Source: an uncultured Roseivirga sp. | GTDB lineage: Bacteria > Bacteroidota > Bacteroidia > Cytophagales > Cyclobacteriaceae | NCBI RefSeq assembly: GCF_963973945.1 | Contig: NZ_CAXBBV010000009.1 | Span: forward strand, 53,108 to 117,107 | Reading direction: 5' to 3' | Length of the DNA stretch: 64,000 nt | Shown: positions 47,388-57,255 of the stretch, piece after piece | Layout of the letters: every line of letters begins with the position of its first letter | Position numbering within the stretch: position 1 is the first letter of the stretch | Translations under genes and position numbers: made by a program | Notes under the pieces: model-generated | What the model was told of the DNA's origin: nothing | Seen by the model: the letters and a program-made list of their open reading frames with translations, nothing else | Database searches by the model: none

Positions 47388-49739
47388 TTGATGAGATATT
47401 TTAAAACCATATTCCGAAGCCTAAAGCGTGAAAAGGGCTTTACTCTAATTAACCTTTTGGGCCTAAGCATTGGAATGTTTTGTTTTTTGGTAACGGCTCT
47501 TTTTGTAAGAGATGAAGTGACTTATGATCGTTGGCATGAGAATGCTGATAATATCTACATGTCTACTTTGCAATTACAAAAGGAAGATGGTGAGCCTATT
47601 GACCTAAGAACCTCTCATGCCTTTATGAAAGCATTAGAAGCAGAAAGCCCTGGTGTATTAGAAACAGTGAATATTAGTGGTGCAACCTGGAGCGATTATC
47701 AAATTAATGATGAATGGATATCAGGTCGCAAGGTCTTTTATTCGTCTCCTGAATTCTTTAAGGTATTCGATTTTAGTTTGAAGTACGGCAATGAAGAATT
47801 GGCGTTGACAGACCCAAGTGAGGTAATTCTTTCTTCAGAAATGGCGGAATCCATTTTCCCTGGAGTAAACCCAGTGGGCGAAACGATCACTTTTATAAAC
47901 GCTGTGTATAAAGTAGCAGGAGTGCTCAACCCAATACCTAAAAATTCACATTTGCAATTTGATTTTGTAAAGGGAACAACTTACGATGGTTCTAGATATG
48001 AACCTACGGAACTAGATTGGTTAGCGGGATATGGCTATAGCTACTTTTTATTGAGAGAAGATTACAGTGCCGAAAAACTTTTAGCGGATGCCAAAGCAAT
48101 TCTGGCTAGAAATGGAATTACTAATGAAGCAAATGGTCTACAGTTTTTAAGGTTCTCAAATTTATACCTCGACAGTAAAACCGGACGCTATGATAATGAT
48201 AATCTTTTCGGGGGGCAGCGTAAGTATTTATACATCTTCTCCTTGGTAGGAGGGCTTATCCTTTTTGTTGCCTGCTTTAATTATATCAATCTTACTACGG
48301 CTCGTTCCATTTCAAAGGTAAAGCAAATGGGCATTAGAAAAATAATGGGCGCTAGTCGTAGCAAACTGGTGCTTTCCCAAATGGCTGAAACATTTTCTCT
48401 GGCCTTTTGTGCTTTAATCATTGCCCTAATTGGATTAGAATTATTACTGCCCTACACTCAGTCACTAATTGGTAAAACTTTGGAATTGAATTTTTCGGAA
48501 GCTCCTCAACTTTTATTCTTACCCATTTGCTTGCTTGTATTGGTGGTTTTGGTTTCAGGTATCTATCCAGCACTTACGCTTAGTTCTTTTAATATTTCAG
48601 GAGTATTAAGGGGGAACCTGCCTCAATCCAAAGTGGGAATGCTACGAAAATCATTGTTTGTTTTGCAGTTTACAATCTGCTCTGGTTTGCTCATGGCTGC
48701 TTTAAGTATACGAGGTCAGGCCAATTATTTAATAGAGTTGGATAAAGGATATAATGAAGAGAATATTATGTCCATACGCCTTAATCAAGAAGGGCAGAAA
48801 CTCGACTATCAGACTGTAAGGAATGCCCTTGAAGCAATTCCTCAAATTGAAAAAATAACATCGACACCCTTACCTGCTTTTCCTCCAGGACCACCCAGCA
48901 TGTTAAAACTCAACGGAATAATGGTGCCTTTAACTATTTATTCTGGAGCGGCCGACAGGGACTTTAACAACCTTTTCGAACTTGAGTTTTTAGAAGGGTC
49001 TGATTTCAGCGCTCTTCCAATATCTCAATTGGACAGCGTAGTAATCATCAATGAAACTGCAAAGAAGAAGTTAGGCTTGAATCCTGCCATCGGTTCAAAA
49101 ATGCCTAGCGGAAAAACTGTAGTTGGTGTAGTTAAAGATTTTCATTTTAGTTCTGCTAAGTATGTCATAGAGCCTGCGGAGCTTTACTATAAACCAAAGG
49201 ATTTTCGCAACATACAATTCAGTTATCGTGCAGGAGATAAAGATGCAGTTATAGCGCACGTAACCTTGGCACTCTCTAAACTAGGTGTAACGGGAACGCC
49301 CAGTATTCAAGAAATCAAAGGTTATTTTGAATCAAGCTATAAAAAGGAAGCACAATTGGTTACCATTTTCGATGTGCTCACCACAATGGTCATACTAGTG
49401 GCCTTCTTAGGGCTTTTTGCCTTATCATCTTTTGAGAATAAACTTAGAGAAAAGGAAATAGGAATTAGAAAGGTGCTGGGTGCTACATATCTCCATTTGA
49501 TACGCACCCTGAACAAGCGATTCACTTGGCTGATTGCTTTGGCCATGATGATTTCTATACCGCTTACCTATTATGGAATTCAAAAATGGATTATAGACTT
49601 TCCATATAGGTTGGAGAACCTAAGTCCATTCTTCTCTCAAGCGATAATCATGGTTGGAATTTTAGCAATGACAGTGCTTGGTTTACATAGCTATTTCAGC
49701 GCTCAAAAGAACCCTGTGGATGTGTTGAGGAATGAATGA
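47388..49739 (+). CDS. Duplicated FtsX/MacB-type ABC transporter permease (copy 3)
   Basis: ACFNYINLTTARS, REKEIGIRKVLGA and NPVDVLRNE. Start is TTG 47388 or ATG 47391. Confidence 0.92.
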   Translation: MMRYFKTIFRSLKREKGFTLINLLGLSIGMFCFLVTALFVRDEVTYDRWHENADNIYMSTLQLQKEDGEPIDLRTSHAFMKALEAESPGVLETVNISGATWSDYQINDEWISGRKVFYSSPEFFKVFDFSLKYGNEELALTDPSEVILSSEMAESIFPGVNPVGETITFINAVYKVAGVLNPIPKNSHLQFDFVKGTTYDGSRYEPTELDWLAGYGYSYFLLREDYSAEKLLADAKAILARNGITNEANGLQFLRFSNLYLDSKTGRYDNDNLFGGQRKYLYIFSLVGGLILFVACFNYINLTTARSISKVKQMGIRKIMGASRSKLVLSQMAETFSLAFCALIIALIGLELLLPYTQSLIGKTLELNFSEAPQLLFLPICLLVLVVLVSGIYPALTLSSFNISGVLRGNLPQSKVGMLRKSLFVLQFTICSGLLMAALSIRGQANYLIELDKGYNEENIMSIRLNQEGQKLDYQTVRNALEAIPQIEKITSTPLPAFPPGPPSMLKLNGIMVPLTIYSGAADRDFNNLFELEFLEGSDFSALPISQLDSVVIINETAKKKLGLNPAIGSKMPSGKTVVGVVKDFHFSSAKYVIEPAELYYKPKDFRNIQFSYRAGDKDAVIAHVTLALSKLGVTGTPSIQEIKGYFESSYKKEAQLVTIFDVLTTMVILVAFLGLFALSSFENKLREKEIGIRKVLGATYLHLIRTLNKRFTWLIALAMMISIPLTYYGIQKWIIDFPYRLENLSPFFSQAIIMVGILAMTVLGLHSYFSAQKNPVDVLRNE

Positions 49740-49865
49740 ATGAAAGAAGGAGTGAAGGGATTAATGAAATAATGAGGAAGTGAAACAAGGAGGAAGACCG
49801 AAGCGGGTTCTCGTTTTCACCAATGACAAATGACCAATGACTAATTAACTAATAACCAAAGGGCT
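49740..49865. repeat. Intergenic spacer related to 47225-47387
   Basis: TCGTTTTCACCAATGACAAATGACCAATGACTAATTAACTAATAACC at 49811-49857. Confidence 0.85.
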
Positions 49866-52235
49866 ATGTTAAAAAACTATATCATTACCACGCTAAGAGG
49901 AATAAAGAGAAACAAGGTCTTTACATTGATTAACCTGACAGGTCTTTCAGTGGCCATGGCCTGTTTTATTTTGGTAGGACTCTATGTGCGATATGAGCTT
50001 TCCTATGATCAGTTTCATGAGGATGTAGAAGATATACACATTGTAAAACTGAAGTACGTAAAGAGTTTTGGAGGGTCATATAACCAATTTTTACCAGCCG
50101 TTTTTGCAGACATAATTGAAGAGGGAACGTCTGGTTTAAAAGGGGTGACAACCACTTTGTCGGGAGCAGGAAATATGTATGTGGTAAAGAATGGTGATGA
50201 CTACATTCAAGAGAAATATTATACGCTTCAGAATTCATTTTTTGATCTCTTCTCATTCCCTTTTCTCTATGGAAATCAAGCGAATGCTTTAACCAGTCCT
50301 AAAGCGGTGGTTGTTTCGTCAGAAATGGCAATCAAATATTTCAATAAAGAAAATGCAATTGGTGAAACGCTTTCTGTAGATGGTAAAGGAGACTTTAAAG
50401 TGACAGGTGTCCTAAAAGACTTTCCTAAAAATTCTCAGTTCCAACCTCATTTTTCTTTCTCTTTGAACGATATGGAGAACTTAGATTCATGGGGATACAA
50501 CACTTTTTTCATTTACATAAAAACAGAACCTAATGCAGATTTAGGCCAGATCAGAAATAGAATAGGAAGCTTATATGATGCCAACAAGCCAGAAGATGTC
50601 ATATATGGAGGTTCAGGTGCGGAGTTAGGCTCTTTTGCAGACTCCTATTGGGCACAAACGGGGAGTGGGGCAGCGCTAAATAACCGTGATAGAGGATTGG
50701 GAGCCAATAAAGATATTATTTATCTGTGCTCAGGCTTGGCCATTCTTCTACTGTTTATTGCCTTGGCCAATTATGTAAATATGGCGACTGCTAAAGCCAT
50801 GGAAAGGGCCAAAGAAGTAGGGATTCGTAAAGTGAATGGGGCTACTCAAAATCAACTGATTAAACAGTTTTTGGGTGAAACGCTCTTTTTCGCCTTGCTC
50901 TGTTTGGTGGTGGCCGTTATTATGGTAGAAATCCTTTTGCCTTCGGTATCCCAAATTATGGGCATCAGCCTGAAGATGGACTATGAAGACCTAACCATTT
51001 TGGGCTACTTATTGGCCTATGCATTGTTTTGTGGTCTTTTGGCTGGAATTTATCCAGCGGTGTTATTGTCGCGCTTCAACCCAGTTAAAGCCCTAAAAGG
51101 TCAGAAACAGCAAGGTCATTCTCGTTTTTCTCATCGCAGTGTTTTGCTCTTTTTTCAGTTCACTATCTCTGCCTTTATGATCATCGTGCTTTTGGTGGCC
51201 AATAAGCAAATCAATCATTACATCAACTTCGACCTTGGCTTTAATAAAGAAAGGGTGGTCAGTATTCGTATGACGAAGGAAATGCTTGAAAGACCTCATG
51301 TGTTTATGCAGGAGGTAAAGAATATTAGCGGTGTAGAAGGAGTAACCGTGGGACCACTTCCTGAAGGAGCATTTGGTTTTAGTACTTTGGAATATGAAGG
51401 CAAGACAATGAAGTATGCGCCAAAGGTTGAAACCGATGAGAACTTTATTTCAATGCTTGAAATTCCCTTATTGGCAGGAAGGAATTTTGATCCAGAAATT
51501 CCATCAGATACTGAAAACTCGATCATCATTAATGAAATGCTAGCAAAAACGCTTGGATTGGAGAATCCAGTAGGGGCAACGGTGCTCTCTGATGGGAGTA
51601 CCAAGAGAATAATTGGTTTAATAAAGGATTTCCACATCACAAGTGCCAGGCATCAAGTAAGAGAGTTGATGCTAGCACCTATGCTCAGCAGCGGAAGAGT
51701 AAATAACCTACTGATCAAGGTGAACGCTCAGAACATGGCCAGCACCTTAGGGCAGATTGATGCCATTTGGGATCAGTTCGATTATAAGGATTCGTATCAA
51801 TACCAGTTTTTAGATGATGCCTATGAGGCCAAGTTAAGTAGGTTGCAAAATCTTACTTTAATCATTAACGGAGTTACCACCGCCATTGTGGTCATTTCCC
51901 TCTTTGGGCTATTCTCTTTGGTTGCCTTTCAAACTTCACAACGTATCAAGGAAATTAGCATTCGAAAAGTACTTGGCGCTACCGTGAATAACATCCTCTT
52001 TATTTTAGGAAAACCTTATGCTTGGTTGATTCTTTTATCATCTCTGGTGTCCATACCATTGGCCTATTACTTTATGGGCAACGCACTCAATGGATATCCT
52101 AACCGGATTGATTTGGATGCATCGTTTGGAGTCATCACAGTGATCAGTATTCTGAGTTTTTCAGCTCTGGTATTACTGAGTAGGGCGCTTTCAACTATTA
52201 GGACGAATCCAGTAGATATTTTGAGGAACGAATAG
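49866..52235 (+). CDS. Duplicated FtsX/MacB-type ABC transporter permease (copy 4)
   Basis: ALANYVNMATA..MERAKEVGIRK, RIKEISIRKVLGA and NPVDILRNE. Confidence 0.93.
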   Translation: MLKNYIITTLRGIKRNKVFTLINLTGLSVAMACFILVGLYVRYELSYDQFHEDVEDIHIVKLKYVKSFGGSYNQFLPAVFADIIEEGTSGLKGVTTTLSGAGNMYVVKNGDDYIQEKYYTLQNSFFDLFSFPFLYGNQANALTSPKAVVVSSEMAIKYFNKENAIGETLSVDGKGDFKVTGVLKDFPKNSQFQPHFSFSLNDMENLDSWGYNTFFIYIKTEPNADLGQIRNRIGSLYDANKPEDVIYGGSGAELGSFADSYWAQTGSGAALNNRDRGLGANKDIIYLCSGLAILLLFIALANYVNMATAKAMERAKEVGIRKVNGATQNQLIKQFLGETLFFALLCLVVAVIMVEILLPSVSQIMGISLKMDYEDLTILGYLLAYALFCGLLAGIYPAVLLSRFNPVKALKGQKQQGHSRFSHRSVLLFFQFTISAFMIIVLLVANKQINHYINFDLGFNKERVVSIRMTKEMLERPHVFMQEVKNISGVEGVTVGPLPEGAFGFSTLEYEGKTMKYAPKVETDENFISMLEIPLLAGRNFDPEIPSDTENSIIINEMLAKTLGLENPVGATVLSDGSTKRIIGLIKDFHITSARHQVRELMLAPMLSSGRVNNLLIKVNAQNMASTLGQIDAIWDQFDYKDSYQYQFLDDAYEAKLSRLQNLTLIINGVTTAIVVISLFGLFSLVAFQTSQRIKEISIRKVLGATVNNILFILGKPYAWLILLSSLVSIPLAYYFMGNALNGYPNRIDLDASFGVITVISILSFSALVLLSRALSTIRTNPVDILRNE

Positions 52236-52318
52236 GTCGGTCAATAGTCAATGGACATTGGTCAATAGTTTGAGTTGGCTGATTCCCAATGACCAATTAA
52301 CTAATAAACCAACAAGCT
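52236..52318. repeat. Intergenic spacer with inverted heptamers
   Basis: Left part GGTCAAT AGTCAAT GGACATT GGTCAAT (reverse-oriented heptamers); right part CCAATGACCAATTAACTAATAAACCAA. Confidence 0.75.
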
Positions 52319-54664
52319 ATGCTACGAAACTACATCAAAGTCGCTTTTAGAAACCTGAGAAGAAACAAGCTTTATGCAAGCCTAAACATATTAGGTTTGA
52401 GTATAGGTTTAGGTTCATTCTTTATCATCTACCTTTTTCTTCAGAATGAATTGGCATATGACCAGTTTCATGAAAAGAAGGACAGGATTTATAGGGTGGT
52501 AACAATTGCTGAAAGCGATTTTGGGGTAGAAAAGGAGGCAGGAATGAGCTATGCTTTTTCTCCTGCCCTTATAGGAAATATTCCTGGGATTGAGGCATTT
52601 AGTAGAGTTATACAAAAAAATATTCTTTTCTCATTTAATGAGGGGGATGAAAACATTGACGGTACGGAGACCTTGACAGTAGACCAAGGTTTTTTATATT
52701 TTTTCACCATATACTTTATTCACGGATCGGCTCAAACATCACTTCAATCACCTTATTCACTTATTATTGACGAGGCGACCGCATTAAAACATTACGGAAC
52801 AACGGATGTATTAGGCAAAATCGTAAAATATAATAAAGTCAATTATACCATTGATGCTGTATTTCGTGATCTTCCCAAAAGCTCATCAATCAAAGGCAAT
52901 ATCATAGTACTGAATGAAACTATAAATGCACGTTATGGTGAGGGCAATTGGAGCTGGAGATTAAATAATTTACAGAACTATATACTCTTAAATGATAATA
53001 CCACACTAAGCGAGTTGGAAAATAAGCTCACAGATCTTTACGTATCAAATAACAAGTGGGCTGCGGGTAAAAAGCTTAGTTTACAACCTATTGCTGATGT
53101 TCATTATTCATTAGATGTGAGGGATGAGGTGAAGGAAAAGACTGACCGTCAGTACGTTTCAATTTTTGCATTTGTAGCCATTTTCATTTTAGCTAGCTCC
53201 ATTTTTAACTACATCAGTTTATCAGTCTCCCAATCTATTGAAAGAGCAAAAGAGATCGGGGTTCGAAAAGTGGCAGGCGCAAGCAGCAAAGAATTGCGCA
53301 AACAATTTATAATCGAATCATTATTGCATGTCCTTATCAGCTTTGTGCTCTCCATGATTTTAGTGGAATTACTTATTCCTCAACTAGAGGATTTAGTAGA
53401 AAGGAATTTAGGTATCAGCGTTTTAACACAGCCTGTTTTGCTACTCAAAGGAATTGGGTTCTCTTTGGTTATTGCGTTGCTCTGTTCGCTTTACCCAACC
53501 TCTTTGAGTACCAGACTAAAAGTGGTGAATATCTTTAAAAAAGGCAAAGGTAGCTTTTCGTCTCAACGATTAATCAACTCCATAAGTGTTTTTCAAATTG
53601 TTGTATTCATAGTACTTATTTGTGTTTCTGTTACAGCCAACCGGCAAATGGGTTTTATGCGAAACGAAAACCTAGGTTTTGATAAAGATCATCAATTGGT
53701 ATTGGAAAACATGCCTTGGAGAACTAGAGAGGTTCACAAGAGTGAGTTGCTAAAACTGCCAGGTGTAATATCGGTCAGTAGTGGTAGCCAGCTCCCTAAT
53801 GACGTTAGATCTTCGATGGGATTTCCAGAGCTTGATTTTCAATTTAGTTTCTTCGAAATAGACCATGACTTTATTGAGACTATGGGTATGACTCTTTTGA
53901 GCGGTCGAGATTTTGTGCTCGAAGATACTGACTCGGCTAAATTGGTTTTGATAAATTCAACTGCCGCAAAGAATTTAGGTTATGATAAAGCAAGTGCTGT
54001 GGGTAAAACCATGGGGTCGGGCTCTTCTACGCATAGGATCATTGGCGTAGTGAGTGATTTTCACTTCGCCTCCAAAAAGCAAATCATTGAGCCAGTGATT
54101 TTCAAACAGGTGATTGAAGGCTCGCCAAGCAATCAAGTTTTAGTTAAACTAGATGGGGTTAATTGGGCAGCTACTACAAAAAATGTATTGAAATACTACG
54201 AAGACATACCTAATCTCTATAAGTACTCTTACTTCTTTTTAGAAGACCAAATCAACTCCCAATACAAACAAGAAAATGTGATGATTACCATGTTAAACAC
54301 TTTTACGGTAATTGCAGCTTTGGTGGCTTTTATTGGGCTCTTTGGCATTGCTGGTTATTCAGTGAAAAGGAGATTGAAGGAAATGGGGATTCGAAAAGTG
54401 CTGGGTGCTGGCTTCTTCAGTATTCAAAAGGTGTTGAATGTTTCAAGTGTATGGAAACTACTGGTTGCTGTGGCTATTGCTGTGCCTGTAGTGGTGTATT
54501 GGATGAACAATTGGCTGAGTTCTTTTGCTTATCGCATTGAAATGCCTGTCTTCCTAATCTTCGGAGCCATTGCCGTTGCCTCAATCGTAATTTTCATTAC
54601 TGTTTCCATTCACAGTATAAAAGCCTATTTGATTAACCCAGTGGAGATATTGAAAGACGAATGA
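52319..54664 (+). CDS. Duplicated FtsX/MacB-type ABC transporter permease (copy 5)
   Basis: IFNYISLSVSQSIERAKEIGVRK, RLKEMGIRKVLGA and NPVEILKDE. Confidence 0.93.
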   Translation: MLRNYIKVAFRNLRRNKLYASLNILGLSIGLGSFFIIYLFLQNELAYDQFHEKKDRIYRVVTIAESDFGVEKEAGMSYAFSPALIGNIPGIEAFSRVIQKNILFSFNEGDENIDGTETLTVDQGFLYFFTIYFIHGSAQTSLQSPYSLIIDEATALKHYGTTDVLGKIVKYNKVNYTIDAVFRDLPKSSSIKGNIIVLNETINARYGEGNWSWRLNNLQNYILLNDNTTLSELENKLTDLYVSNNKWAAGKKLSLQPIADVHYSLDVRDEVKEKTDRQYVSIFAFVAIFILASSIFNYISLSVSQSIERAKEIGVRKVAGASSKELRKQFIIESLLHVLISFVLSMILVELLIPQLEDLVERNLGISVLTQPVLLLKGIGFSLVIALLCSLYPTSLSTRLKVVNIFKKGKGSFSSQRLINSISVFQIVVFIVLICVSVTANRQMGFMRNENLGFDKDHQLVLENMPWRTREVHKSELLKLPGVISVSSGSQLPNDVRSSMGFPELDFQFSFFEIDHDFIETMGMTLLSGRDFVLEDTDSAKLVLINSTAAKNLGYDKASAVGKTMGSGSSTHRIIGVVSDFHFASKKQIIEPVIFKQVIEGSPSNQVLVKLDGVNWAATTKNVLKYYEDIPNLYKYSYFFLEDQINSQYKQENVMITMLNTFTVIAALVAFIGLFGIAGYSVKRRLKEMGIRKVLGAGFFSIQKVLNVSSVWKLLVAVAIAVPVVVYWMNNWLSSFAYRIEMPVFLIFGAIAVASIVIFITVSIHSIKAYLINPVEILKDE

Positions 54665-54779
54665 AGCAATGAATTAAGGGATTAATGAAGGAGTGAAAGA
54701 AGGTTGGCAGACCGAAGAAGGAAGTCAAAAGCTGGTTTCGTTTTCACTAATGACCAATTAACTAATAAACCAATACGCT
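54665..54779. repeat. Intergenic spacer related to the other permease spacers
   Basis: TTTCGTTTTCACTAATGACCAATTAACTAATAAACCAA at 54736-54773. Confidence 0.85.
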
Positions 54780-57133
54780 ATGTTACGGAATTATATAAAA
54801 TCAGCTTTTACTAACCTAAAACGAAATACGGGTTACACACTGCTTATGATCTTTTCATGGCTTTGGGCATGTATTGCTTTGTGATGGCTGGGCTCTATGT
54901 ACGCTATGAATATTCCAGAAATCTAAATCACGCCAATGCGGATAGGGTGTATAGGGTGATGCTAGATTATGAGCGATATCATCAATATATATTAGCGGAT
55001 ATGGTAGCAGAAATGCCGAATGTAAGTCCAGATATTGAGGCTGTTAACGTGATTAATTCCTATAACGGAGAAGTTTACTTAAGTAAGGATGATCAATCTT
55101 TCATTAGACAAGCAAAGGCTTTTTATACTGACCCCAATGTGTTCGATGTGTTTAGCTTTCCTTTGAAATACGGAAACCCTGAAAATGCTTTGGCTGGTAC
55201 AGGGAAAATAGTGATTTCAAGCTTTTTGTCAGAAAGTCTATTTCCAAATAAAAACCCAATTGGCAAGGAAATTTTGGTTCATGAAAAAGGAACATTCTTA
55301 ATTAGCGGAGTGCTTGAAGAAGTGTCTGAATTATCAATATTAAATCCTGGGATCTTCTTTTCAATGGATCAGTTTGTGGCGGACACTAAAGCCAGTGGTA
55401 ATACAGATGCAATGCTAACGCATGTTTTGTTAAAAGAAGGAGCTGACCTTAATCGTTTTAAAGTGAGCTTGCTTAGGATTGCCCAAACTATGGCGCCTAC
55501 GGAAGGATTGAAAGGCATATATACTGAAAAACTAGCAGACGCATACTGGGGTAATTCAATCTATGATTATGGTGCGCAGTACTACTCCCTTTTTGGGGCT
55601 TCCAAAAAAATGATAAAGACTGTACTGTACGTGAGCATTGGCGTATTGCTTTGTGCCTTTTTGGGTTATGTAGCCATTGCATTGAGTTTATCCTTAAAAA
55701 GGGCGAAAGAGGTAGGGATTAGAAAGGTAAACGGTGCAAATGTTAGCACCGTTCGAAGTCAATTCTTAGTTGAATCAGTGGTTTATGCGGCTATATCTTT
55801 ATTGCTAACGGTTGTGGCTTTGGAAATTTCTGGAAAGTGGGTTTCTGACTTGCTTCAAGTGCCTATTAGTTTGAGGATGGATCAACCTGAAGTGATTATA
55901 TTCTTAATCACTTTTACACTTATTACAGGTCTTATTGCTGGCCTATATCCTGCATTCATAGTTTCTAAATTGAACCCTGTAAAAGTACTTTCTGGTTTTT
56001 CAAGCCCAACGGGTTCTGGCTTTGTTATGAAACGGGTTTTGCTTACAGCGCAATTTGTAATTACCATCTGCTTGGTTTTCGGAGTGTATGTACTTAAGCT
56101 TCAGGTTTCCCAAATGGCTCACTTCGATAATGGCTATTCGATTGAAAATATCCTGTCTTTCGACAATACAAATCCAGAAATGAAGAAGAATAGCACAGTG
56201 CTTTTAGAGTCGTTGCGCTCAGTTTCTGGAGTTGTAGAAGTAGCCAAAGGGCCATTTCCTCTTAATTTCAATGGGTTTTCTAAAGTGAAGATACAAATGG
56301 GGGATAGCCTTATTCAAGATAATCCTTCTAGAATATTTGTATCGGAAAACTTCTTTGAAACTATGGGGATTAAGCTTCTAGAAGGAGGTTCTTTCAATGG
56401 AGTATCAGATGAAAACTCTTGCTTAATTAACGAGAGTTTTGCGGCTCAACATGGCTTAGTAAATCCATTAGGAATGACCTTGAATGTTGATGGGAAGCCA
56501 AGAACAGTGATTGGCGTAGTGAGTAATTATGCGGATTGGGGTGTAAGTAATCCAACTCCGATGAGCCATGTATTTCTGCCTGCTGTTGATACCAAGTTCC
56601 ATAGTTATTTATTGAAGATTTCTGACAATAATCAGGCTAGTGTAATGGCGCAGTTGGAAACGGTGTGGAAGAAGTTTGACCCAGTTAAAGACGCACGTAT
56701 TTTTACTTTAAGGGATAGAGTTAATAATTCCGTTCAGAAGGTATCTAAAATCTCAACGCTCTTTAGCATTTTGGCAGGAGTGGTGCTATTGCTTTCTTTT
56801 ATGAACCTATTCGGTATGGCCATTATGTTTGCTAATTCCAAGATGAAAGCAGTTAGTATTCGTAAAATTCTAGGGGCAAGTGTTCCTGAATTACTTGGAA
56901 GGTTGTCACTTCCTTTTCTTTATAGCCTTATTATCGCTTTACTGATTGCTTTACCTATTGGCTATTATTTGATGGAACAATACCTGCAAGACTATGCGGT
57001 AAGGATAAGCCTGAATGCGGGTCAAGGTCTTATCGCAGGAATCTTTATGATTGTACTACTATTTGTGGTTATCGGCTTTAAAATGCTCCAATTCAGTAAA
57101 ACCAATCCCATTGAAGTGTTGAGGAAGGAGTAG
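54780..57133 (+). pseudogene. Duplicated FtsX/MacB-type permease (copy 6) with a 1-bp frameshift near 54856
   Basis: ATG 54780 reads MLRNYIKSAFTNLKRNTGYTLLMIFS, homologous to the N-termini of copies 4 and 5, then goes out of frame. The rest continues from 54857 (MALG...NPIEVLRKE). Confidence 0.85.
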
Positions 57134-57202
57134 GGAAGCAGGAAGTCCGGTGACGGGAGCCCGCTCTTAACTAATAACCAGTACACCAATAACTCAATAG
57201 GG

Positions 57203-57240
57203 CATAAAAAAAGCGACTATCACTGGTCGCTTTTTTTATG
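57203..57240. terminator. Bidirectional intrinsic terminator
   Basis: CATAAAAAAAGCGAC-N8-GTCGCTTTTTTTATG, a perfect 15-bp stem between the permease array and the convergent amidohydrolase operon. Confidence 0.88.
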
Positions 57241-57255
57241 GTATTAGAAATAAGC

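Noticed and set aside
47234-47470. 78-aa minus-strand ORF containing SLVIGHWSLVIG
   Set aside because: The periodic peptide is just the translation of the heptamer repeat, and the ORF overlaps permease 3.
42433-57200. Classical integron with attC sites
   Set aside because: There is no intI gene in the window and the spacers lack RYYYAAC/GTTRRRY core pairs. The cassette-like behaviour is proposed on other grounds.
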